From assembly GCA_020536535.1 (NCBI GenBank), contig JAHLWZ010000842.1:1-64000 (forward strand): a stretch of DNA of 64,000 nt, given 5' to 3'. This stretch comes from Pelomyxa schiedti. Taxonomy: Eukaryota > Protista > Evosea. The stretch's first letter is position 1; each line of letters opens with the position of its first letter. Of the stretch, positions 1 through 11,605 are shown one piece after another. Both the position numbers and the translations under genes were made by a program. The notes beneath the pieces were generated by a model. It saw only the letters and a list, made by a program, of their open reading frames with translations. It ran no database searches and had not been told where the DNA came from.

Positions 1-156
1 CTTGATTCTAAAGAGCCTGGTGCTAAAATTGATGCGCATCTCCTTTTAGAACAATCCGTGTTGGAATGGCAGAAGCGCCGTGCAACTACCAAGGCGGTGT
101 CAAAGACAAGTGACGATCACGTTCACACAGAGGCAGATGACAGTGATGAGAGTTAA
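1..156 (+). CDS. 3' end of a gene entering the window (acidic C-terminus, unknown product)
   Basis: Frame 1 is open from base 1: LDSKEPGAKIDAHLLLEQSVLEWQKRR...ADDSDES*, TAA at 154-156, followed by an A-rich UTR. Confidence 0.6.
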   Translation, partial: LDSKEPGAKIDAHLLLEQSVLEWQKRRATTKAVSKTSDDHVHTEADDSDES

Positions 157-403
157 TACCACAACAAAGAAGGTAACAAATAACCTAACCAAACCAAACA
201 CTCACTCATCCTTTTCAAAGAGGAAAAACAAATACGCCGAAGAAGAGCCCAACAAGTGACCATGCCTGTTGTAACTTGTATGTAACAAGAGAGGACCATA
301 CATTGAGCCCAAATGAAAAACAAACAAAGAAAAAAAGAAAAAACAAGTGATTATTATTCTTGGATGTGAGGGTAACACGAGGGCTAACTAAACATTTGGA
401 TTT

Positions 404-611
404 AATTACCACGGAAAATCCCTCCCAGTAAATTTCACTGGGTATACCTCTCTATTGCCCTCAGTAACGAGGACAATAGGCTTTGAATTACCAGTAATCC
501 ACTGGATGGCTCCGAAACCAAAGCAAAGAACACCCCACCTCCCGAATTACTTGTGGGACAGGAATCTGTGTCCCCGGAAGGAGATTTTCAGTAAGAGTTT
601 TCCCGTAATTC
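404..611 (+). ncRNA. Candidate structured RNA or regulatory element (unassigned)
   Basis: Several nested inverted repeats (424-429/437-442; 452-462/469-479; 480-485/519-524; 544-550/605-611; 555-560/569-574) and four CAGTAA copies. Confidence 0.25.
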
Positions 612-679
612 AGAACGTGCAATCTTGAACTTAAAGGAACCAGCACCGATTTGTAACAGAACAAATTAATTAACAACTA

Positions 680-2006
680 ATGAAGCACGTGTGTCTGGGG
701 TCGAGTGACGAGGCATTGGAAAAGCCCGATATTGTGGCTCTGCGTGAAAAACTGCAGGAGAAAAACGCACGAGTCACAGTTGGTATTTTTGCTTCGTTCA
801 GGTGAAAAACGAACAGTGATTTGACACTGAAACAGTGGATTGGAGAGACCAAGGGGTGGATTATACTCAATTTGACTGTGTGGTAATAAGAACTACATGG
901 AACTACACAAGCTACATTGACGAGTTTGTTCAGTGGGTTAGACGGGTTTGTGAGGTAGGTATGCTGTTGTCCAGCCTCGATTATGGAAAAGTTTCGAGTT
1001 ATTGATTCATCGTTATTTTATAAAATGTAACAATTTTAAAAGAAAACGTGCCTACTCAACAGCATGGAAACTATACTTTGGAACATTGACAAAGTGTATC
1101 TGCGAGGTAGTATCGTTACTTCCCTTCAGAGTTTTCCCACTCTGTTTTAAGATTTGGCTGAGGAAGGTGTCTCTGTAGTTCCAACAGTTTGGATTGACAA
1201 AGGAAGTGTAAAACCATTACACACTGTCTTTGAAGAACAAGGTAAGAACCAATTACTATATAAACCACGCACAACCTTATTACAAACTCCAAATGGGGGA
1301 ATCCTAAAAGCAAAAACACGAAGGATGGGACACAGTTGTAATTAAGCCCCGAATCAGTGCTGAAGGCTACAATACACATTGTATATCCACAGTTGATATG
1401 GCTTCTGGTGAGCAGATTTTTTCCCAACTGGCAAGTTTACCTTCCATTTTTCAGGTCACGATACAAGCTAATACATTTTCGTACAGGTTTCGGAAAGAGA
1501 TATGATGGTTCAACAGTTTATGGAAACGGTGAAAACTTGTGGTGAGCTTTCCTTAGTATTTATTGGGGGAAAATATTCGCACTCCCTGCGGAAAAGGGCT
1601 TCATCCAGTAAGCTCTATCTCATTTTCGCTCCTTTGCTCACATTTGGCAGGTGATTTCAGAGTTCAAGAATCTCACGGCGGCTCAACAATTCTTGAACAC
1701 AATCCACCTCAGTCTGCTGTAATTCAAGCACAGGAAATACTCAAGACTGCATGGAAAGTCGTAAACAGACGGGGAAATCCCCACAGTGGCAGGGCTCGAG
1801 GCACGTCGTTCCTGTATGCCAGGGTAGACTTTTTAACAGCCTCCCAACGCCCAAGCACTGATTATGGGATGGAAGCTACCCCACCAACACAGTTCCTGCT
1901 GACTGAACTTGAACTTTTGGAGCCCAGTCTTTACCCCACAGAGTTCCCCCCTGTGGCCCAAAAACTGGCTGATGAGATTCTCACCATTCTGGGAGAATCT
2001 CCATGA
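680..2006 (+). CDS. Bacterial-type ATP-grasp protein (RimK/glutathione-synthetase-like), multi-exon
   Basis: Spliced motifs WRDQGVDYTQFDCVVIRTTWNY, WNIDKVYLRDL, VVIKPRISA, MMVQQFM, GELSLVFIGG, DFRVQESHGG, LYARVDF, LTELELLEPSLY. Confidence 0.8.
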
Positions 2007-2311
2007 TACAAACTACCCAACAGTTGAATAAACTGAACGTCATACTCTCTCCCCAATGACTTAGTCCTAAAATTGTTTTGTTGATGAAGACCAGGAGCAC
2101 ACAGGAGATCGATTTTGGGTTTCCAACACTCGACACAGAAAATTAGAAAAAGAAACACAAGGATCACCCCCCTTTGGGCGAAATTTATCGACTACCTTGA
2201 TTGACATGAAATCCGGCTTTCTTGTAATTGTGGTTTTTTTTAGCCTCATTTTTCCTTCAAACAAAAAAAACAAAATACAAGAAAAAACAAACAGCAAGAG
2301 GACGGCACGAG

Positions 2312-5287
2312 ATGGACGGTGGTGGTACGTAAAATCGGGTCGTTCTTACGGGCGATGCCCCCAGATCTGTGCACTTACGCTCGTTTTTCTCAATAGATTG
2401 CGATGAAAGTCAGTCGAAGCGCCACCGCCATCGACACACAAAGACAGAAGAGATGGAAGATCTACAACCCTCAGAGTCTCCCCTTCTTCTGGTCTCAGAG
2501 GAGGAGCCGCCTAATTCGTCGCGTTCCCGCAGGCACAAACATAAACACAAAGAAGAGGAGCAGCAAGAGCAACAGGTGCAAGAACAGCCACAACCTACAG
2601 AAACGCCTGCTCCTGAGGAACAGGCTGAGGTTGAAGATCCTCCGTTGACATCGCGTGAGAGGAGGCACAGAAGGAAGGCGGAAGCCCTGCAGATGGAACA
2701 ACAACTTTTACTGCAGCAGCAAATAGAACAGGAGGAACTACAGCGAAAAGCAGAACAAGAAGCTTTGGAGCGGAAGGAGAGACACCGCAGAAGGCACCAG
2801 CGCAAAGAATCAGAAGCTCAGGCTCAAGCAGAAGCAGAAGCCGAGGCTAGAGCTCAGGCAGAAGCGGAGGAAAAAGCCAAGGCAGAGGCAGAGGCAAAAG
2901 CTAAGGCAGAAGCTGAGGAAAAAGCAAGGGAAGAAGCTGAGGCCGAGGCCCGAGCTAAAGCAAAAGCAGAAGCAAAGGCGGCAAGAGCTAAGGCGAAGGC
3001 CGAAGCGGAAGCCGCAGAATTAGCTCGAATTGAAGCAGAGGCTAAGGCCAAGGCAAAAGCAGAAGCTGAAGAGCAGGCCAGGGCTGAAGCAGAGAAAGAA
3101 AAAGCCCTGAAACTCAAACTCGAAGAAGAAGCAAAAAGTAAACATAAGCATCACAGAGATCCGACACCAGAAAACAGTGAATCTGAGGGAGAGGACGCAC
3201 ATAACACCTCATCTCCTGAAAGTTCTGATCAAGACCAAGAAAGCGAAAGCGAAAGCAAAAGTGAAAGCGAAAGTGAAGAAAAGGAAACAAAGCATGCCAC
3301 AACTGTAGTTACAAAGGCAAAAACCGAGACAAAAACCAATAAAAAAGTAACTACCTCGAAAGCAAAGGATCCCTTGGCACCACTAAGTATAATGTCCCAC
3401 TTTTACCGTGTATCCTAAGTGCCTTATAGAGTTAAAAAGAAGAAACTCTTTGACACATGTAATACTACCTTCGGATGAAAATACATCCTAATTTGTTTCA
3501 GTTAACAGCTGATCGACCAAATGCCCCCCATAACTATAGGCTTACGAGCTTCCGTACATTGCGAATTCCAAATCCCGACACATTAGACGCCAAAGTATTT
3601 TATCAATTGGGGAACCCAGTAGGAACTAAATAAACAAAAAAGATGCGGCATGTAATTGAAATCGAAGATGAGGAGGTGCCAACTTTCCATGGAAGACCAA
3701 GAGCTGCATCTTTCCAACCCAATTGTACTCAAATTCTTTTATAAACTGCTAGCTTATTGCCTATAGTTGGCACTCAGATAGCCTCTATGTTCAATGCGCC
3801 AGGTAATTACAATTGATACAAATACAACAGTCTCAGAAATAATTGGGTACCTGATAGGGGGTCGTATGTTACCAGTCTTACCTCTTGATCCTCGTGCCAA
3901 TAGAGGAAGTGTACCACCTAACAAACTCAGTATTGATCTAACAGTTTTCCCGTTTAATCAACCTCTGCAGATCTTACCTCGCTCCAATCTACAACCTCCA
4001 AATCCCTTCCATTGGTAAAACAAACGGATTCGCCGGCCAAACCAGAACCTCCCGCGAAACCTTCTTTTGTTTTGCCCTCCAAAGTCAAAACTGCTGACAC
4101 CACTACATCTCCTAGTAAACCTCTTCCAGTCATACCCGGAAAGACTAGCCCAACTCCAACTACTGTGAAGGGCACGCCTACGCCACAAAATCCTACTCCA
4201 AGTGTCATTACAACGAAACCTGATGCACTAAAGCACAAAGGTACTTTTTTATTGCTGTAATAAGGGACTCAACCATTGTCATTAGAACCCGAATCTCCAG
4301 CTAAAACTGGTAACACAAAAATAGAATTTCCATTCTCTAACAACAGTGTCACTTGCAGAAGCCCCAATCTCGAAGCCACTCCCATCTCCTGTAGGGAAAC
4401 CTACACCTGTCAAGTCAGCTCTAACGATTTCTACTCCAAGTACTCCCACCCCGCCACCCCAACCGCAGGCGCAAGAACAACCCCAAACAAAAGTGGAACC
4501 AAAGCCTCTCAGTCCAGCATCGAAACCTTCCCCAATGCCATCTACCTCAGTGACACCCACAGTAATAGCAACCAATAATCTAAGGAGAAGACCTGTCTCA
4601 GTTGCTATAACTCCTTTGAATCCTTCAGCGTCGGAAACTTCAATAACGTTCCAACTCCGGAAGGTAACACCATTATCGCCAGCATCACCGGCGACACCAG
4701 CAACACCAGTGCAAAATAAAACGGCGACACCAGCAACACCAGTGCAAAACAAAACGGCAACGCCAACCACAGCAGTGGCACCTCCAGCGAATAAAGTTAC
4801 AACCTCTGGTAACTCCACAACACCACCCACACCAACAACCCCAATTTCAACTACGCCGCCGTCCTCTACCACACCACCACCCATTTCACCATTGACATCT
4901 TCCGCATCAACCACACCACAGCAGAGGAAACCTACTGTTGTCAATGATGCTGTAGCCCAGAAAAAGCCCACCCCTACAACACCACTCAATACCTCAGCCA
5001 GTTCAAATGCATCGTCTCCTTCCAGCACTCTGGCTACGTCGGGCGCCTCTGCATCACCGGGAGGTATAACTCCCATTCTCAATTAGTCCTGAATAATTCA
5101 CTCGTTCATACAGGCTTTCCTCTGCGAAAAGCGGGGCCCCGTCCCGAACCCCCAAAAGGTATCATCCCCTTTTACTTCAGGACACTTTCACATCCCCATT
5201 TCTTATCTTTGCCCAGTTCCCGAAGGTGGCCCTGTTCAAATGGACTTCCGGAATGTTCTTAGAAAGGCACCTGCGGCCAAGTCATAG
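2312..5287 (+). CDS. Large low-complexity protein (A/E/K coiled coil, P/T/S-rich disorder) with C-terminal DFRxxL actin-binding-like motif
   Basis: ATG 2312; ORFs 2369-3418, 4012-4260 and 4346-5086 join through GT-AG introns; last exon ends VQMDFRNVLRKAPAAKS* (TAG 5285-5287). Confidence 0.7.
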
Positions 5288-5442
5288 CATTGTTTTTATG
5301 GTTCGTTTCTTTCTGTTGATGATGCAGCAGTCAGTTCAACAAAAAGGAACGAATGTAATTTAAAAGAACAAGTTTTTTTTTTTTTTTAAATTGAGTAGAC
5401 TTTGTCCTGCTGGGTGGCAAATATCTGCCCTTCTGTTTGTGT

Positions 5443-7516
5443 TTATGTTGAAGTTTCTTTCTGTGTGGGTTGTGCTTGTGCAGTGAGAAGGGCATTCAAT
5501 TCTATCAAAGTGGGGGAATCCAGCAGGGCAAATGTGTTGATGTCGAGTGTGCATGGGGCACCATTGTGGGAATGTTGAGTGAGGAGGTTGAGGTGTGGGT
5601 GGTTTCTGTGAAGAACTTGAACGATGCTTCCAAGGGCTTGAGGCGACGGAGAGTGCCGGAAGAATTCCACAAGAGCGGATGTAATTCTGGCCCTGTCAGG
5701 TTCTTGTTCTGGGGGGATTGGGTGAGGCCCGGCTTGTTGGGATTCTGCACCATTATTAGGTAATTCGGCGTGGAATAGTCCTCCTGTGGTGTGGAATTGC
5801 TTGTGGATTTGTGTTGCTAAGGTAATCTGTTGGTGATTGCGTGAAGCACAGAGAAGCACAGTGTACTTGTCGGCTTGGAGGCTCAATTTTGTGCTGGTCG
5901 ATAGAGAACGAGCCCCAGTCTTCCTCCGGAGTGTCGATGTATCCATCACAACGGGTGAATTTTGGGCCAAGGATTCGGAAGAAGGACCGTGTATTTGCCG
6001 GGATTCGGTCATGTGACCAGAGACAGGAAAGGCTCTGCTCAGTTTACTCTCAAGTAACACTGACATTTTCTCTGCCACTATATGAACTATGTGCCCCACT
6101 GGGTTGTACAGCATGGCGTTGGTAAAAATAAGCCTCATATCTGATGCGAAATCCAGGCAAGTTTTGTAGTGGTACCGGTTTGCTAAGTTGTCTTGCACAG
6201 TGCTCAAATCCATTGGCACTTTGATTATAGAATGATAGTCGGGAATATTTAAGGCAACATCATCAACTGGATAGCGGAAGAATGATGAATCTTTGTGCCT
6301 GAAGATGGCATTTACTATACGGATGCATTTACGGTAGTCATCTTCGTTCATTACATAGTCACTGAGCTGGGAAAACAATTAAAAAAGGCAATCGGACAGA
6401 TTTCTCATACACTTGACTCAGAGGGCTCTTTTTTCCTCCGTTTGTGAACAGAATTGGTTTTGGTCCTCAGGGCAAATCTCTTTTGGGGCAATTGTGGTTC
6501 CGTTTTTCTGGTAGAGTATCTCTTTTGGACATCCTCACATGAGACCTGAGAGTCCTCACTGTCAAATTCCAGGTCATCTTCTGAGTCAGACTTGTATATA
6601 TATTCCCCATCTTTATCGCTTGGGCTGGCTTTCTTATACTTCCGTTTGGGAACACTTTTACTATTGCCATGTCTTTGTACTGTTGCTTTTGGGAAGATGG
6701 CACTCAGTTCCTCAGTTCCCGCTTCCCCACTTTGGGCTTGAGGGAAAAGTGTGGCTTGTTCTGGCAGTAACAGACTGGACACCATTCCAGGTGGGGTTGA
6801 GGGCTCTACCAATGGCGGGGTTGGGGATGGTGCTGGTGGGGCAGTGAGAAACGGGGATGGATGTGGGGCTCCCCTGGGGAATACTTCGGGAGAACACTCA
6901 ATAATGTTTGAATTTGGGGCATTTTCATTCTGTGATGTGCTCAGGGGGTGGAGCATAAGGTGTACATCTTTTGTAATTGAAAACCAAAAATTGTCAAAAC
7001 CCAATGTACCTGTGGCCTGTGAAGTAATCAATGAGATAGGAAGTTGTGGTTGTAGCACAGGTTCTGCGCCACTTTTTTCAGTTCCTGCTAAAATGTAAGT
7101 GAGTGCCTTTTCAAAAACCTCTTGTGAAAGCTTCAAAATTAACTACTATTAATGCGACAAAATAAGAATTCTAACTGTCTAATTTGTAAAATGGTACTTT
7201 GCAGTGTCTCTGTAGTCGATATGGTACTCTCGCATCCCACAACTCCCGTATCTTCGAGGGAAACAGCGGCAATAACATTGTTTCGTGGCTCCTCGCACTC
7301 GGTGGGCGATGCAATTGTGGGAGGAGACTCAACACCGCACAAAGGAAGGGGAGTCGATGACGTCAGCTGAGTGCCGTCGCCACCAGATTGCAGAGACTGG
7401 GACGCGGGGCTCGGGCTGGGACACCCGTGTCCCTGTGCCCCGACCTCCGGAGGGTTTCGACTTGCATTTTGTTTTCTACGCCGCGACCACGGGATAGCAT
7501 GCCGTCGCGGCGCCAA
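5443..7516 (-). CDS. Bromodomain + ET (extra-terminal) domain protein, BET/GTE-like; start uncertain
   Basis: FFRYPVD...IPDYHSIIKVPMDLSTV...DMRLIFTNAMLYNP bromodomain; C-terminal LGSIVQVL...LDSPTLIELNALL resembles an ET domain; upstream ORFs 6405-7136 and 7139-7516. Confidence 0.85.
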
Positions 7517-7659
7517 GTTGGTGTCGGCGGGTGTGGGGTTCGTTGTTGCGGGTTGGAGTTGAAATCTGTTGATGATGATTTTTTATGTTTGTGATCTTTC
7601 GCCCCCGGATCGGAGGAGATCTGGAAGAATAAAAAGAAAAAGGGCGGCTCGTAGTTGAG

Positions 7660-10600
7660 ATGGCGTCCAACGCAGCGGCGACGGGATCTGCGGCCAGTGC
7701 ACTTAGTGCGTCTAGTGGATCTGCGACATCCAAACAGAAAACGCCGTTGCCGAGAAACGAGAAGCTTATCGCTGGTACGAAGGTTTCTTTTTTTCCCCCG
7801 CTGGCCAAGTGGTGTGACACGTTCACAGATTTTGCATGTGGCTGGCTGAAATCCGGAAAATTGAGCCAAGGTCGAATCTACATCTCCTCCAATTACGTGT
7901 CTTTCCAGGCATCTGTGTTTGGAGCTGTATGCAGCTACTTTTTGTAACTTATTTGGTGGGAAGCTTGGTGGCAGTGGTTCTGATAAGCAAATAGAACTTG
8001 CTGATAAACACGAAAGACATTATTGCCATTGAAAAGCGAAACACAGCGCTAGTATTCCCAAACGCCATTGAAATATCCACCAAAGACCAGAAATACTTCT
8101 TTTCTTCATTCCTACAAAGGAATAATGCCTACAGCGTTTTGAAGAAAGTTTCTTTTGTATGTGCTTTTCATTTATGTTCCTGCTATAATTTTACCCTTTC
8201 TAGGGAGAGGACTCTTCTGAAAGTTCTTCAGAATCGCCATCAGAATCGGACTCTGACTCCTTTTCTGATGAGGTACTTAGTCACTATACTTCTTTTTTTG
8301 TAATACCTTCCAGGAACGCAAACAACCAACTCCTGCAACGGCACAACCGCCTACGCCTGCACCTATACCCACACCAACAGCAACACCGACTGCAGTTATC
8401 AATGACACCGCCACTCAACTGGTAACTATCCTACTTTTATATGACTGTGTAGTAATAAGCACTTATGTTCTAATAATTCTTTGGCTAAAACAGAAACATC
8501 AAAACTCGGGAATCGAGATTCCCTCATCACAGATATCGTCTATTCCACCAGCAATTTCCACAACTCCTCCAATAAATGCCTCAGTAGCCAAGCCACCATC
8601 GACACCGCAACGCAGTTTATCATCTTCTTTTTCTCTGAATTCGATTTTCGACACATTTTCATCTCTGCATGGTTCCTTCCCCTACATTTCTAATACTGAA
8701 TCTCTAATATCCTTACCTAATAGAGCCTGCATCATCAACAGCATCGGGTCTGTCGACTACACCACCAATCGGTCCAGTTGTGACATCAAATTCTACATTG
8801 AAAAAGTGTCTTGGCGTGCCAGCCCCTATTTCAACCCCAGCCCTCCCAGCCGCACCACTACAAGAACCTGTTTTAACCTCACCAAGAAACAGTTCGGTCG
8901 TACCACCAATTTCAACACAAAATTCCGTTTGTAACACAACACCACCTACCACACCAAGTGCTACACCCGTGCATTCCCCTCGTCTTAGCCCTTCATCTCC
9001 ACAAAAAACACCAAAATCCACAGAACAATCAGACTTGAATACCACGCACCCAGAAGAACCCCAGTCGAATTGCATAACTTTGGACCCTCTCCCAACGGGT
9101 ACCCTCACTCAAGAGATTACAGTCTTCTCTGCTATCTCACTTGATACAACAACAAATTCAACACCCACAGCAATATCTGCGGTTGCTCCCGAAAATCTAC
9201 CTGTAAGTGAAACCACAACAGCAGATCTCTGTTCATTAGACGTTACAAAGAATGCCGATACTCTCGTCGAGCATCAAAAAGAAGACGAGCCCGTTCCTAT
9301 ACTAACACCACCTTTTTCACCCAATTGCTTAGCACCAACACCCCAAGACATTGACCACCTTCTTGCCTTACCTTCTACCCCAACTCACTTACCTGCCACT
9401 CCAAGCCAGATTCCAACTTTTGTAGAGAATCCACCCCCACCTCCACCACCTAAAGATGACACTCCTCATGCAGATCCTGATGTGTCACCGTTACACTCGT
9501 TCTTCTCCACTTTACGTGTTCACAGGCGCTGTTTTTCTGATAATCCCATATCCCCCCCTCTCCGGCAGACTCCATCACAGCCACCGACGCTTCCTCGTTC
9601 ACACAGTCAAACTCCCCCATGCTCACCACGTAGTTCTTCACATAGGCCTCTTGCTGGTCTCCACACCCAACTTCAAGTAACTACAAAGATAGAAGGCAAC
9701 AGTGCCTGCTGTACCCCAGCACTCAGTGATCAACAAGAGACACCCAATATCAGACAAGTTAATGTAAATGATATACAGCCAACCCCAGAACCAGTAGTAG
9801 TATCCACACTAGACACTCACCCTTCCTACGTCGAATGCTGCTCTCAAATAGCTCAGAAAGCAGTTGCACCTGAGGTAACTCCATCGATAAAAATCGTTGA
9901 AAATGGAGAAGAAGAAGAAGTGGAGGAATTTGATGTTGTGCACTACCGGCAGAAGCACAAGAAGAGGTTCAGGCATACACACAATGACCCTGATGAAGTT
10001 CCTGGCGATTCTATTCATTTAGCCCTTCCCGTCCCTCATTTCATTCGGCAACGCTGCCGCAGACGTAAAATGGGTATATGTAATGTTGTATCTCTACCTA
10101 GTGCCACAACCACAGCCGCAGCCCCCACAACTACAACAACAACAACCACCACTACTACAACTACAACCACTAGTACAACACAAGTTCCGGTGGGCAGGAT
10201 AATTGCACCACTTATCTGTGGGCAGTGCAAACCCTCTATACATGTTAAAGCTTCCATTGGACAAATAAGCACAAGTTGGATTTTTACTGCTGTATTCTGT
10301 GTTGTGTTTTTATCAGGCCTGCTATACTTACATGATCAAGTACCCTTTGCATCACATGACAAGCTTCTCACTACCCCTCCACAGGTTAATTACCATGACA
10401 AACAGATTGCTAGAATGACTCTCAACATGGTACGAAGAAGTGACGACCTTTCCACACTGGGGGCGTTCTCTGTGGCATTTCAAACCAACTCCTCCTGGCA
10501 CTCCAGATGGTATCAATTCCGGGACTGGAACAACCGGCTAGAACAGGTAATACAAGCCGCGTACCTCCTGACGTGCTTACCCAAATTCAATTCCCTGTAG

Positions 10601-10843
10601 GTTTACGAATCCCTCCAAAACACAGAAAACAAAGTCAACCAGCTCAATAGCGAACTGGTTCAAAGTGACACATTCTCTGAACTCGTTCGCGGCCTCTCGC
10701 CTCCACCGGCTGCCGGCCGCGGACACACACGGCCGGTTGTTGTATCTGCCAACTATGGCTGGAGTACCCTCTCATTGGGCATTATAGCACTAGGAACTGG
10801 CCTGCTAGTCTACTTTTTACTGCAAAACAAAAACACTGTTTGA
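7660..10843 (+). CDS. GRAM-domain membrane protein with long S/T/P-rich linker and two C-terminal hydrophobic segments
   Basis: DFACGWLKSGKLSQGRIYISSNYVSFQASVFG / DIIAIEKRNTALVFPNAIEI...KYFFSSFLQRNNAY is a GRAM domain; TM WIFTAVFCVVFLSGLLYL; final exon 10601-10843 with a second TM. Confidence 0.8.
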
Positions 10844-11605
10844 TGGGTGAAACAATTTTGAAAAAAAAGAAACCAACAACATGTAGCGTGGGAATAAACA
10901 GCATAGTTTTTGATATTCTCTTGACTATTTGCTTTACGGAAGATGCAATGTAATTGGGCAGAGTTTGTGTGTTGCTTTGTTTCTTCATTGGGATCGGCTG
11001 CCAGACTGGACTGCGGAAATATCTTTGTCTCTTTACATCAGGCCACTGGGCATTGTTCTATTCTAGTGCTTCCTGGCTAACAAAGCTTGGAATTCTCGAA
11101 TACAGGTTTTTCCCCGCTCGGCCGCTGTTGGTGGGGGGAGGGGGAGGGTAAGAGTGAGAGGTGAGAGGTCACAACAGTCTCGCAAGTAGAAGCTTCCCAC
11201 GTTTTGTATGGGGTTTTTTGGGTTGGTTATTTGTTGATTTGTTTGTTTGTTTGTTTTGAGCAAGGGAGGAAATGTAGACCAGCATGTTGTTCCTCAGACA
11301 GTCCCTGTATTGTCGTTTTCTCATTTAGTACATCAGTGTCAACTTGGAGCAGATCCGAATCAGTTTCTGTGGGGGAGGAGCGAACGCATCGTGCGTCCTT
11401 GTCAATTCATACTCTCAACTGTTATTGTAATATATATGTGTAGGTGTTCAGTTCCCTCTCGACCTGTGTCTAGTGTTTTCTGTGACACTTGATCTTCCTT
11501 CATTCCAGCTTCTGGGCATTTAAATGTGCACAGAGGGTAAATCCGTTTAGATTAGTGTGCTTAACTTTGTAGGTTTTATTGTTGTTTTGTATATACCCAT
11601 AGATT

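Noticed and set aside
424-602. Iron-responsive elements from CAGUA loops
   Set aside because: Loops are not CAGUGN on a 5-bp stem with a bulged C
3803-3857. Ubiquitin/RA-like segment VITIDTNTTVSEIIGYL in ORF 3794-4018
   Set aside because: It coincides with a 55-nt GT-AG intron whose removal keeps the neighbouring exons in frame
7089-7197. Non-canonical GT-AA intron in the bromodomain gene
   Set aside because: A canonical phase-1 GT-AG intron ending at ctcac...ttttag also restores the frame
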